DNA from: Alphaproteobacteria bacterium
GTDB taxonomy: Bacteria; Pseudomonadota; Alphaproteobacteria; Rhizobiales; JAKIUO01
Direction: 5' to 3'
Assembly: GCA_024280895.1 (NCBI GenBank)
Contig: JAJRPI010000056.1
Span: 103,655 to 167,654 of the forward strand
Length of the DNA stretch: 64,000 nt
Shown one piece after another: positions 11,072 through 20,275 of the stretch (positions are counted from its first letter, which is position 1; each line of letters starts with the position of its first letter). The notes beneath the pieces are model-generated. The model ran no database searches, was not told the DNA's origin, and worked only from the letters and a program-made list of their open reading frames with translations. Made by a program: the position numbers and the translations under genes.

Positions 11072-12820
11072 ATGATGCAATTTCGCTTTTTCTCTCTGGT
11101 TTTCACGCTTTTACTTCCGATCACGTATAGTTCTGCACAGGCTGGAGAGATTCTGATCAAATCGGCGGTGACAAATGTCATCGTTTTTCCATCCGGTGCG
11201 CAAATTGTCCGCACCGCAAAAATTGATCTGCCAGCTGGAGATCAGACCATTGTGCTGCAAGATTTGCCCGAGAGGCTGATCCCCAGCTCGCTGCGGGTTG
11301 AGGGAGCGGGCGGCAAAAGCTTTGAGATCGGATCGGTCGATAGCAAACGCATCTATGTCAATGTGAAAGACGTCAAGGGCGTGCTTGATAAAAGCGAGCG
11401 CAAAGAGTTAGAAGATCGGATTGAGGGCCTGGGCGATGATATGACGCTTTTGACGTCTCGTATCAGTGCCGCGCAAACACAGCGCCGCTTGATGGAGCGC
11501 CTGACCGATTTGCCAGCACAATCGCCGGGCCGTCCGTTTGACAAGCAAGGCGGCGGAGCCGGGGCCGGTTTGTTCTCCGTTGAGAACTGGGGCAATATTT
11601 TTGATCTGATTGGCACGCGATTGGCGGTGGCCGATGATCTTATCCTCAAATATAGCAAGCAGAAACGGGAAAAAGCCAAGAATATTGCCAAGCTGAAGAA
11701 GCGACTAAGCGAACAGCCTCCCAAGAAAGAGCGTCAGATGGAGGTGCGGGTGGCCGTTCATGCCGGGGCGCAGATGTCGGGTGTCCTGAAAATAAAATAT
11801 CAGGTGCGTGAGGCCTCATGGCGTCCCTTTTATGATGCGAGACTGGCAACGGGCAAAAAGGGTGTCAAGCCGACACTCGCGCTGTTGAGACGTGCTGGCA
11901 TTCGCCAGTGGACGGGAGAGGACTGGAGTAATGTCAAGCTTTCCCTGTCAACGACCACACCGCAAAAAGGAGCGCAGGCACCGAACTTGCGTCCAAAGCG
12001 GCTTGATCTGGTGACTAATTATCCTGCTGCTGCCAAACCAATGGCAGGTTTTATGGCGGACAAGGTGCGGGGCATGGCAGCCAGTGGAATGAGGTCCGAA
12101 GACATGATGGAGGCGGCACCAGCTCCAGCTCTTCGTCTAGAACAGAAAAAGAAGCGCTATGTGGCTCGCCAAAGACGTGCCAGTGTCCGTCAATACGCGT
12201 TCCAGGCGGTGTTTGATATTCCGGGTCAAATTAGCATTTTGTCTACGGGAGACGAGAAAAAAGTGGCTATCAGCAGCGACAAGATAGATCCCGGTTTGAT
12301 CATCAAGACCGTTCCCAAAATCAACACTACCGCGTTTCTTTATGCCAAATTCACTCATGACAAGAAGGCGACCCCGCTATTGCCGGGATCTGTGGCTCTT
12401 TATAGAGACGGCACCTTTACGGGTAATAGTCATTTGCCATTGGTCAATGCCGGTGATGAGTATGAATTGGGGTTTGGCGCGGATGATGCGGTCAAGGTGG
12501 TGCGATCTGAAGTTAAGCGCACCAAGGGGCAGGCAGGTGTTTTCACCAGCTCCAAGACCGATGAACAGCGTTATATTGTGAAGATTACCAATTTACATCA
12601 GAGCGCAATTGATGTGGAAGTGATCGATCAAATTCCATTTTCTGTGAATGAAAAAATCGTTGTACGTCTGCTGCCTAGCAGTACAAAGCCCAGCCGTCAG
12701 AATATCAAAGACAAGCGCGGCATTCTTGCATGGGACTTCAAACTGGAGCAAGGGCGCGAAAAGCTGATTAATCTCGATTATACGATCACCTGGCCAGCGG
12801 ATCGAACGCTATCGCGTTAG
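11072..12820 (+). CDS. DUF4139/DUF4140-type (MuiA-like) exported protein
   Basis: The ORF is 11051-12820. ATG at 11072 follows AAGGA and gives the signal peptide MMQFRFFSLVFTLLLPITYSSAQA. It has a central coiled-coil and WRPFYDARL. It is a paralog of the 1-1080 fragment. Confidence 0.8.
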   Translation: MMQFRFFSLVFTLLLPITYSSAQAGEILIKSAVTNVIVFPSGAQIVRTAKIDLPAGDQTIVLQDLPERLIPSSLRVEGAGGKSFEIGSVDSKRIYVNVKDVKGVLDKSERKELEDRIEGLGDDMTLLTSRISAAQTQRRLMERLTDLPAQSPGRPFDKQGGGAGAGLFSVENWGNIFDLIGTRLAVADDLILKYSKQKREKAKNIAKLKKRLSEQPPKKERQMEVRVAVHAGAQMSGVLKIKYQVREASWRPFYDARLATGKKGVKPTLALLRRAGIRQWTGEDWSNVKLSLSTTTPQKGAQAPNLRPKRLDLVTNYPAAAKPMAGFMADKVRGMAASGMRSEDMMEAAPAPALRLEQKKKRYVARQRRASVRQYAFQAVFDIPGQISILSTGDEKKVAISSDKIDPGLIIKTVPKINTTAFLYAKFTHDKKATPLLPGSVALYRDGTFTGNSHLPLVNAGDEYELGFGADDAVKVVRSEVKRTKGQAGVFTSSKTDEQRYIVKITNLHQSAIDVEVIDQIPFSVNEKIVVRLLPSSTKPSRQNIKDKRGILAWDFKLEQGREKLINLDYTITWPADRTLSR

Positions 12821-13478
12821 CTTTCACTCACGGCTATTCCGGCTTCCGCCGGGCCTCCGTTAGGGCGGGCTACTGCCCGACGGCCAGTCGGCCTTGCCGA
12901 TGAGTACATCGGTTTTTTCCACCTATAAAAAATCGCGTCTAAATAGTAAAGAATTCCGACCAACGGGAGGCAAGCGTGACTACGCGCCGCGCCGTAGCGC
13001 GCCCATAGCCCTCAAACAGCGGAGCGGTAGGGTGACAAATAAGCAGGCCGCGCGCAGCGCGCATAGCTGTGAGTGAGATTAAATCACCGATGTATTCCAT
13101 CGGCAAGGCCGACTGGCCGCCGCGCCATAGCGCGCCCTAACGGAGGCCGCGCGCAGCGCGAATAGCGGCGAGTGAGATTATAAACCACCGATGTATTCAT
13201 CGGCAAGGCCGACTGGCCGCCGCGCCATAGCGCGCCCTAACGGAGGCCGCGCGCAGCGCGCATAGCTGTGAGTGAGATTAAATCACCGATGTATTCCATC
13301 GGCAAGGCCGACTGGCCGCCGCGCCGTAGCGCGCCCTAACGGAGGCCGCGCGCAGCGCGAATAGCGGCGAGTGAGATTATAAACCACCGATGTATTCATC
13401 GGCAAGGCCGACTGGCCGCCGCGCCGTAGCGCGCCCTAACGGAGGCCGCGCGCGGCGCGAATAGCCGTGAGTGAGATT
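12821..13478. repeat. Array of ~100-bp GC-rich multi-hairpin repeats (REP/BIME/RIME-like)
   Basis: There is one inverted copy at 12821-12912 and a degenerate partial unit at about 12975-13080. Four direct tandem units follow at 13081-13179, 13180-13279, 13280-13378 and 13379-13478, with gagtgagatt recurring at 13071, 13170, 13270, 13369 and 13469. Each unit holds several short GC stems. There are no unique spacers. Confidence 0.9.
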
Positions 13479-13935
13479 AAGCCGCTGCAGCTGGCTCTGT
13501 CAGGATGGCATGCAAGCCGTGGCGGTCTTTGGTGACGCGCAGTTTTTCGATGGCAGAGGGCTCACGCAACAGGCGCGAGATACGGGCCAGGGCCTTTAAA
13601 TGGTCGGCACCGGCGCTTTCAGGTGCCAGCAGCACAAAGATCAGATCAACGGGCTGGTCGTCAATGGCGTCAAAATCAATGGGATCATCCAGTCTTGCGA
13701 ACAGGCCAATGATCTGCTTGAGACCGGAAATTTTGCCATGTGGTATGGCAATGCCGTGACCAACACCGGTGGAGCCGAGGCGTTCACGCTGCAACAAGGT
13801 ATCAAATACATCACGTTGATCAAGGCCGGTCAATTCTTCGGCCTGACTGGAAAGTTCCTGCAGGACCTGTTTTTTACTGCTGGCCTTAAGGAGCGGAAGT
13901 ATACCGTCTCTTGATATGAGATTGCCAAGATCCAT
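13477..13935 (-). CDS. ptsN: Nitrogen-related PTS EIIA (EIIA-Ntr)
   Basis: 152-aa ORF with the phospho-His motif GHGIAIPHGK, in the conserved position downstream of hpf. Confidence 0.9.
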   Translation of the reverse strand: MDLGNLISRDGILPLLKASSKKQVLQELSSQAEELTGLDQRDVFDTLLQRERLGSTGVGHGIAIPHGKISGLKQIIGLFARLDDPIDFDAIDDQPVDLIFVLLAPESAGADHLKALARISRLLREPSAIEKLRVTKDRHGLHAILTEPAAAA

Positions 13936-14125
13936 GAGTTTCGTCCCTTGTTACCGAGCACTCATCAAGTGATGCAGTGCCGTCGTGGTTTATCATTGTC
14001 AACTACAATACAGGGCGAGGTTTTGAAGTGAGTAACCAGCTTCCCAAGATCGTAACGACGGCACCGTGAAGCGCAAAATTCGCGCCAGATTTTTATCAAA
14101 ACACTATAGCGCGTGAATTTTGACC

Positions 14126-14701
14126 TTACTGCGACAATGTGCCCGGATCTATCCAGCCAATATTGCCATCATCGCGACGATACACCACATTTATACGCCC
14201 ATGCGCGGCATTTTTGAAGAGTAGAAACGGCCGATTTGCCAGATCCAGTTCCATAACGGCATCACTTACGGGCAACTCACGAATAATCGTTTGTTTTTCC
14301 GCGATAATAACGGGATTGAGGTCTTTGGGGTTTATTTCGTCGACACCTTCATGTTCCACGAGATAATCGGTGGCAGCCAGTTCAGCGGCGGAATTATGCT
14401 GATTATTGTGGTGATCGCGCAACCGGCTTTTATAGCGTCTAAGGCGCTTATCCAGGCGTTCAAGGGCGATATCAACGCTGGTATGTGCGTTGTCGGAGTT
14501 TCCTTGAGAATGAAGAGACAGTCCCGACCAGAGATCAACCGAGCAATTGGTGCTGAACTCGTTTCTAGTTTTTTCGATGCGAATATGCCCTGGAAAACTT
14601 CTTCCGACATATTTTTCCAACATGTCGTGAATGCGATCTTCCGTATATTCTCGCAACGCATCGCCAATATCCAGATTCTTACCCGTTATTTGTATTGTCA
14701 T
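14126..14701 (-). CDS. hpf: Ribosome hibernation promoting factor (long HPF / sigma-54 modulation protein)
   Basis: 191-aa ORF starting MTIQITGKNLDIGDALREY, with a C-terminal dimerisation-type extension. Confidence 0.9.
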   Translation of the reverse strand: MTIQITGKNLDIGDALREYTEDRIHDMLEKYVGRSFPGHIRIEKTRNEFSTNCSVDLWSGLSLHSQGNSDNAHTSVDIALERLDKRLRRYKSRLRDHHNNQHNSAAELAATDYLVEHEGVDEINPKDLNPVIIAEKQTIIRELPVSDAVMELDLANRPFLLFKNAAHGRINVVYRRDDGNIGWIDPGTLSQ

Positions 14702-15679
14702 ACTCTATGGCATCCTCCCAAAAAAATAGCATTTGGCCAGACCAAACTTTGTTTGTATCTGCGCAAGTCGAATCGTCAAGGCCTTGTCTTATAAGAGCAT
14801 ATCAAATATTGGCCTCAGATCCTTCGTTAACCTCGGATTTTCGCATAAAATCCAAATTTGTGTTTTTAATCAGCATCCTTGCATGATCCAACAAGCACCT
14901 AGCTGCGTCAAGCACCGAACCGGTCAATCCTACTACATATGTATAATGCGAAGGGTCTTTCATAGGGGGAGATGCGTCATATGGTGAAAATATATTTGGT
15001 TTGGACTCGCAAAAGCTATGATGCAGGGACCTACTAGATATTTATCTCACTATAGGACTATAGCACCGACTTAGAAGCGGGATGTTTCGCGATATTGGCG
15101 TGGGTTCGATGTCGAGGGCAGCAGGGGCAAAAGAAACAGCAAAAAATATGCGTGACCGTGGAAAAAAATATCTTGGGGGAGGCGGTAGATCGCACTTATC
15201 TCGTTGGTTTCATTTACCCCTGGCGGCCTTGGTTCGCGGTGATGGTAAGGGAGGGCTGGTCGGCGAGGTCAAATTAAGTCCGGTAACATTAAATGCGGGC
15301 CTCTAATGCGCAGAAAAAACAATTTATTTCACATCGGCTCTGTGAAGAACGTTTACAAAGAAAAATAAATTGAGAGACAAATATAGTAGTCACGCAAAGC
15401 TGAAAAAGGGGTTTTTAATTTTCATTTGTATATATCATAATTAGTTATAGAATTAATATATGAATTAAGTAGTTATTTTAATTTATAGCTTTATTTATAG
15501 TTGTTTTTATTAAACTTTAGTGAACTTATACTGCTGGTTAAATTTCTATTAATATATTGTTAATAATCACTTTCTATCTCGGATATATGAAGTGTGGGTC
15601 GTTGCGACGACCGAATGAAATTTATATTTTGATATGTTTAATAAAAATCACAAAAAAAGCAGATTTGGGAAGCAGCAAA

Positions 15680-17363
15680 ATGAAAATAGGGATCTTAATT
15701 CGCCATCGGATACTAATGATGGGGCTCATGAGCCTGATTGGTATTGTTCTTTTTTTATGCTTCAGTTTTGGTCATCCAGAATTATAGAGAAGCAAGTGAA
15801 TATAAGCGAAATTTTGGGTGAGGAATTGTCTCTCATTGGTGAGACAAGGTTAATCAACAAAGACTTAATTCTGGCTGCTATGGACTCCATCATTGATAAG
15901 GATGAGAAGAAGATTCAGGCCGAGCGGCAGAAAGTTATCGATGATTCCGTCGCCGCAATTATAGCAAATTGCGCTCAGCTGCAGATGATCTCGACCTTTC
16001 CAAAGGTGGCGCTTCGTTTAAAGGCCAGTTCGAGGATGTCGTCAGAGCCATATCAGTCGACTTGAAAAAAGCGATTGAGGGGGATGGGTCTGATAAGGAT
16101 TTTGCAAAACTGGATGATGTTATCGATTCAAGCGGAGAGGCGGTCGCCGGTTTTTTGGATCAACTAAATATTGCAGCACAAAAAAGGCAGATACTTGCCT
16201 TAGCGGACGTGGAATCCACGATGCACTTTGCTAGTCGCGTAAGTATGGGGTTATTTTTATTCTCTCTCTTGCTCATGCTACCATTATTGTACGTTACTGG
16301 AAAATATATCACTGACAGGTTAGCTGGGCTTACCTGGGCAATGGCTCATTTGGCAGACCGTGATCTTTCCACTGACATCCCCTTTACCGATAGTCGAGAT
16401 GAGATTGGGGATATGGCGCGGTCTCTTATTGTTTTCAAAGACACTATGGTCAAGGAGAAGGGCTTAACAATATCTCAGGAAAAAGAATCCAGAGCTCGTA
16501 GTGAGCGCAACAGGGTGATTTCAGAGCAGATATTACAATTTGAGGAAAAAATTAATAAAACGATTGGCATCTTCAGCACGTCGACAAGCCAGTTGGATCA
16601 AAATTCTCAAACGATGGCTGCCACAGCTGAGCGAGCGGCAAACCAGGTTGAAGCAGTCGCTGGGGCATCGTCCGACACGGAACGTAATGTAGATGCTGTG
16701 ACCATTGCAACAGATAGGCTTTCAAGTACGGTTTCTTCAATTTTAGAGCAAGTTCAGGGGTCAACGACGATCACGCAGAACGCTGTAGATCACGCAAAAG
16801 AAACCGGAGATCGCATTGAAGTGTTGAACTCAGCCGCAAAAGATATCAGTGAGGTTATTGAGATCATTACGGCCATAGCTGATCAAACGAATTTACTGGC
16901 ATTGAATGCGACTATTGAGTCTGCACGTGCAGGAGAATCTGGTAAAGGATTTGCCGTTGTCGCATCTGAAGTGAAAAATCTAGCTTCGCAGACGATGCAA
17001 GCAACCGAGCAAATATCTTCACAGATTTCTAGAATTCAAAAAGAGACCGTACGGTCGGTTGAATCAATAACCGGTATTCAGGGGGTTATCGACGAGCTGT
17101 CCGAGAATTCACAAGCAATGGCGAAGATGATTGAGGATCAACGCAGTGCAACAGAAGAAATATCTCTTCGTGCTAGCAGCGCGGCGGAGGGTACTAAACG
17201 GGCTGGTGAACATATTTCGGGCTTGCAACTGGTTGCCAGTGAAGTAGGTGATACCTCACGGTTGGTCAAAACAGCCGTGCAAGAGCTCACGGAACAATCT
17301 CGCACCATGCAAGAGAGCATCACGGGTTTCTTGGATACCGTCCAAGTGAACTCAGCGAAATAG
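15680..17363 (+). pseudogene. Methyl-accepting chemotaxis protein whose N-terminal sensor region is split over three frames (two 1-nt frame breaks); the intact ORF 15969-17363 encodes TM2-HAMP-signalling domain
   Basis: Frame A from ATG 15680 gives MKIGILIRHRILMMGLMSLIGIVLF (TM1). Frame B gives IIEKQVNISEILG...[10 protein letters not shown]. Frame C (15969-17363) has TM2, a HAMP domain and the conserved [29 protein letters not shown]. The breaks are at the T7 run 15750-15756 and within 15945-15990. Confidence 0.7.
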
Positions 17364-17472
17364 CGCTGGTTACCTCAAATACTGGTTTTGATATTCTGAG
17401 CACGGGTTTTCGCGTGCTTGGGAAGCAAAGGCAGCTATCTGGCGCTCGCTGGGGCGCGTCAAACAGCCGTTT

Positions 17473-19056
17473 TTACCCTGCTTGCGCGAGTTCCATTTTC
17501 TTTTGACGGCGGCGTTGCACGCTGGAGGGAATGTGTAGGGCTTCGCGATATTTGGCGACGGTCCGCCTTGCTATATCAACCCCGTCATCGCGCAACAAGG
17601 CGACGATTTTGTCGTCGGATAGCACTTTAGTAGCAGGTTCCGCGTCGATCAATTGCTTGATCTTGTAGCGCACGCTTTCCGACGAATAAGCTTCACCATT
17701 TTCCGAAGAGGCGATCGCGGAGGTGAAGAAATATTTCAATTCAAAGACGCCGCGCGGTGTGCCGATATATTTGTTTGAGGTCACGCGAGAGACGGTGCTT
17801 TCGTGCATCTCGATGGCTTCGGCAACGGTTTTGAGGTTAAGGGGGCGCAAATGTTCGATGCCGTGAACAAAGAACGCATCTTGCTGGCGCACGACTTCTT
17901 GAGCGACTTTCAAGATGGTGCGGGCGCGTTGATCAAGGCTTTTTGTGAGCCAGTTGGCGGTATTTAGACATTCGGACAAATATGTCTTGTCATCGGAGGA
18001 GCGAGCGCCCTTTGAGACCGTCGTATAATAGGTGCGATTGACCAATATGCGTGGCAGAGTTTCCGAGTTCAATTCCACATGCCAGCCGCCATTGCTGATC
18101 TGGCGCACAAACACATCTGGCACAACCGGTTGCACCATCGCTTGATCAAATTCATGTCCAGGTTTTGGATTGAGCTGGCGAATATGGGCGATCATTTCAC
18201 CTAATTCGTCCATATCGACGCCAACAGCGCGTTTCAATTCATTGATTTTGTGGGTGCCCAACAGCTCAAGATGATCGCATAATGTCTGCATTAACGGCGT
18301 TAAATCGCCTTGATCATAAAGCTGAATGGCCAGGCATTCGCCGATATCGCGGGCAAACACTCCGCTTGGCTCCAGAGTCTGCATGACATGCAAGGTGCGT
18401 TCAACAACCTCTAACGAGGTGCCTAACTGGTCAGCCAACTCCAACAGGTCCCCGCGCAGATAGCCCGCATCATCAATCATATCGATCAGGTATTGGCCGA
18501 TGATCAGTTGCACAGGGTCTTGAATGGTCAGATGCAATTGTCTGATGAGATGGTCGCGCAGCGAAATCGTCTCGGCAACATAAGCCTCAAGATTATTGTC
18601 GCCGCTGTCAAACCCGCGCCCGCCACCAGAGCCAAGCTGTTGCCAACCGCTATCAAGTCCGGCAGATGGCGCCAGAGCCCCTGCATCAGGGTAGACATCA
18701 TCAAAATTACTATCAAGATCGGAGACGCGTTCTTGCTGGCCGCTTTCACTGGCAAGATCGCTGAAACTGTCTGTTTGATCGCTGGACGTTTCGGGTTTAT
18801 CACCATCTTGCGAGATCCCGTCTTGTTTCTCCTGGTCTTTGACGCTGATGTCACCAGGGCGATCGTCTTGCGGCTCCACGGGAGCGCCTTCGTCTTGCTC
18901 TTTGCGCTCCAGCAGGGGATTGCGCTCAAGTTCGGCGTCGACAAATTCGTTAAGCTCAAGATTGGATAGTTGCAACAGCTTGATCGCTTGTTGCAGCTGT
19001 GGCGTCATCACCAGCGACTGGCTTTGCCGAAATTCAAGTTTTACAGACAGTGCCAT
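17473..19056 (-). CDS. rpoN: RNA polymerase sigma-54 factor
   Basis: 527-aa ORF with the N-terminal Gln/Leu-rich region I (MTPQLQQAIKLLQLSNLEL), an acidic region II and the RpoN box ARRTVAKYR. Confidence 0.97.
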   Translation of the reverse strand: MALSVKLEFRQSQSLVMTPQLQQAIKLLQLSNLELNEFVDAELERNPLLERKEQDEGAPVEPQDDRPGDISVKDQEKQDGISQDGDKPETSSDQTDSFSDLASESGQQERVSDLDSNFDDVYPDAGALAPSAGLDSGWQQLGSGGGRGFDSGDNNLEAYVAETISLRDHLIRQLHLTIQDPVQLIIGQYLIDMIDDAGYLRGDLLELADQLGTSLEVVERTLHVMQTLEPSGVFARDIGECLAIQLYDQGDLTPLMQTLCDHLELLGTHKINELKRAVGVDMDELGEMIAHIRQLNPKPGHEFDQAMVQPVVPDVFVRQISNGGWHVELNSETLPRILVNRTYYTTVSKGARSSDDKTYLSECLNTANWLTKSLDQRARTILKVAQEVVRQQDAFFVHGIEHLRPLNLKTVAEAIEMHESTVSRVTSNKYIGTPRGVFELKYFFTSAIASSENGEAYSSESVRYKIKQLIDAEPATKVLSDDKIVALLRDDGVDIARRTVAKYREALHIPSSVQRRRQKKMELAQAG

Positions 19057-19346
19057 TATTTTTGCCTATCCCTGAGCGAATTGCGCCTTTGTAATAATCT
19101 TGGCCCTTACTCTTTTGGAGTGAACCAGGATCAGGTCGCCTTATAATTATATCTTATACCAGCCTTAGAAATAAATCATCTATTCTAGAGGTTGTTACAG
19201 TTTTGCTTATAAACCCAAATCCTCAACAACATCTGACCATCGAGCTGGACAAAACTGTTGAAGTGATCGGGAAAACGGCCTTAAAGCGCACAAAAAAGGG
19301 AATTATCGGTAATGTATGGGGAGTTTACGAGTTTGCAAAAGGGTTA

Positions 19347-20189
19347 CTAAAGAATGAAATCTTCGCCAAGATAGACGCGCCGTACTTCTTCATTATGGGC
19401 GATTTCATAAGGCGTACCTTGTGTGAGCACCTGCCCCTCGGCGATGATATAGGTGCGATCAGTAATCGACAGGGTTTCGCGGGCACTGTGATCTGTGATC
19501 AGCACGCCAATACCACGCTGGGTCAAATGGCGCACCAGAACGCGAATATCATTGATGGCGATGGGATCAACACCGGCGAATGGCTCATCAAGCAGCACGA
19601 AAGAGGGGCGGCTGGCCAGTGCTCGCGCAATCTCCAGGCGGCGACGCTCTCCCCCCGACAGGGAAATGGCCTTTGATTTGCGCAAATGGGTGATGTGGAA
19701 TTCTTCGAGCAAGGCGTCAAGCTGTCCCCGGCGGCGTTTTTTGTCGGGTTCGACAAGTTCGAGCACGGCACTGATATTTTTTTCAACGCTGAGGCCGCGA
19801 AAAATAGATTCTTGTTGCGGCAGATAGCCAACGCCAAGACGGGCACGGCGATACATGGGCAAGCGCGTCACATCATGCCCATCGATCTGAATTTGCCCTT
19901 TATCTGGAGCAACTAGACCAGTGATCATGTAAAAGACGGTGGTTTTGCCGGCGCCGTTTGGGCCAAGCAGGCCAACGGATTCGCCGCGACCAACAGATAA
20001 GGATGCGCCGCGCACCACAGGGCGGCCTTTGTAGGATTTCCACACGGAATGGACGGTCAACCAGCCCTCTCCGGCAATGGGTTCGGGCTGTTGACGAACT
20101 GGCACAAGGGCGGACGACTGGGCGGACGCGTCCGAACCGTTACCACCCGCTTGGGATGTTTTTTTTCCAAATGACAATATCTTCAGCAC
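19347..20189 (-). CDS. lptB: LPS export ABC transporter ATP-binding protein LptB
   Basis: 280-aa ORF with a GTG start, Walker A GPNGAGKTT, signature LSGGERRR and Walker B FVLLDEP. About 45 aa of N-terminal extension make the start uncertain. Confidence 0.9.
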   Translation of the reverse strand: MLKILSFGKKTSQAGGNGSDASAQSSALVPVRQQPEPIAGEGWLTVHSVWKSYKGRPVVRGASLSVGRGESVGLLGPNGAGKTTVFYMITGLVAPDKGQIQIDGHDVTRLPMYRRARLGVGYLPQQESIFRGLSVEKNISAVLELVEPDKKRRRGQLDALLEEFHITHLRKSKAISLSGGERRRLEIARALASRPSFVLLDEPFAGVDPIAINDIRVLVRHLTQRGIGVLITDHSARETLSITDRTYIIAEGQVLTQGTPYEIAHNEEVRRVYLGEDFIL

Positions 20190-20275
20190 GATAATCGCAT
20201 ATCCTGTGTGAGCTCAGTCCACGTCATTGTCGCACAGACGGAGCCAAAATCAAATTTTGAGGCTCTGACCTCGTC

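Noticed and set aside
12894-13076. 60-aa plus-strand ORF inside the repeat region.
   Set aside because: It lies in degenerate repeat sequence, has an Arg/Ala/Ser-biased composition driven by GC-rich palindromes, and has no SD. I treat it as spurious.
12821-13478. Possible CRISPR array, suggested by the regularly spaced ~100-bp periodicity.
   Set aside because: The whole period is repeated, so there are no unique spacers. The units are far longer than CRISPR repeats, and no cas genes or leader are present.
15082-15306. 74-aa plus-strand ORF and an overlapping 60-aa ORF in the hpf-MCP gap.
   Set aside because: They are Gly/Arg-rich with no SD and no recognisable family, and two overlapping frames are equally open. 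They are likely non-coding.
15060-15310. Possible structured RNA gene (tmRNA, RNase P or 6S) in the ORF-free stretch, because of fragments like gggttcgat, ggtaaggga and aagtccgg.
   Set aside because: The fragments are short and in the wrong order for RNase P. There is no tRNA-like acceptor/T-arm pairing or tag-peptide frame for tmRNA. I cannot fold a convincing family-specific structure by eye. A covariance-model scan is needed before any call.
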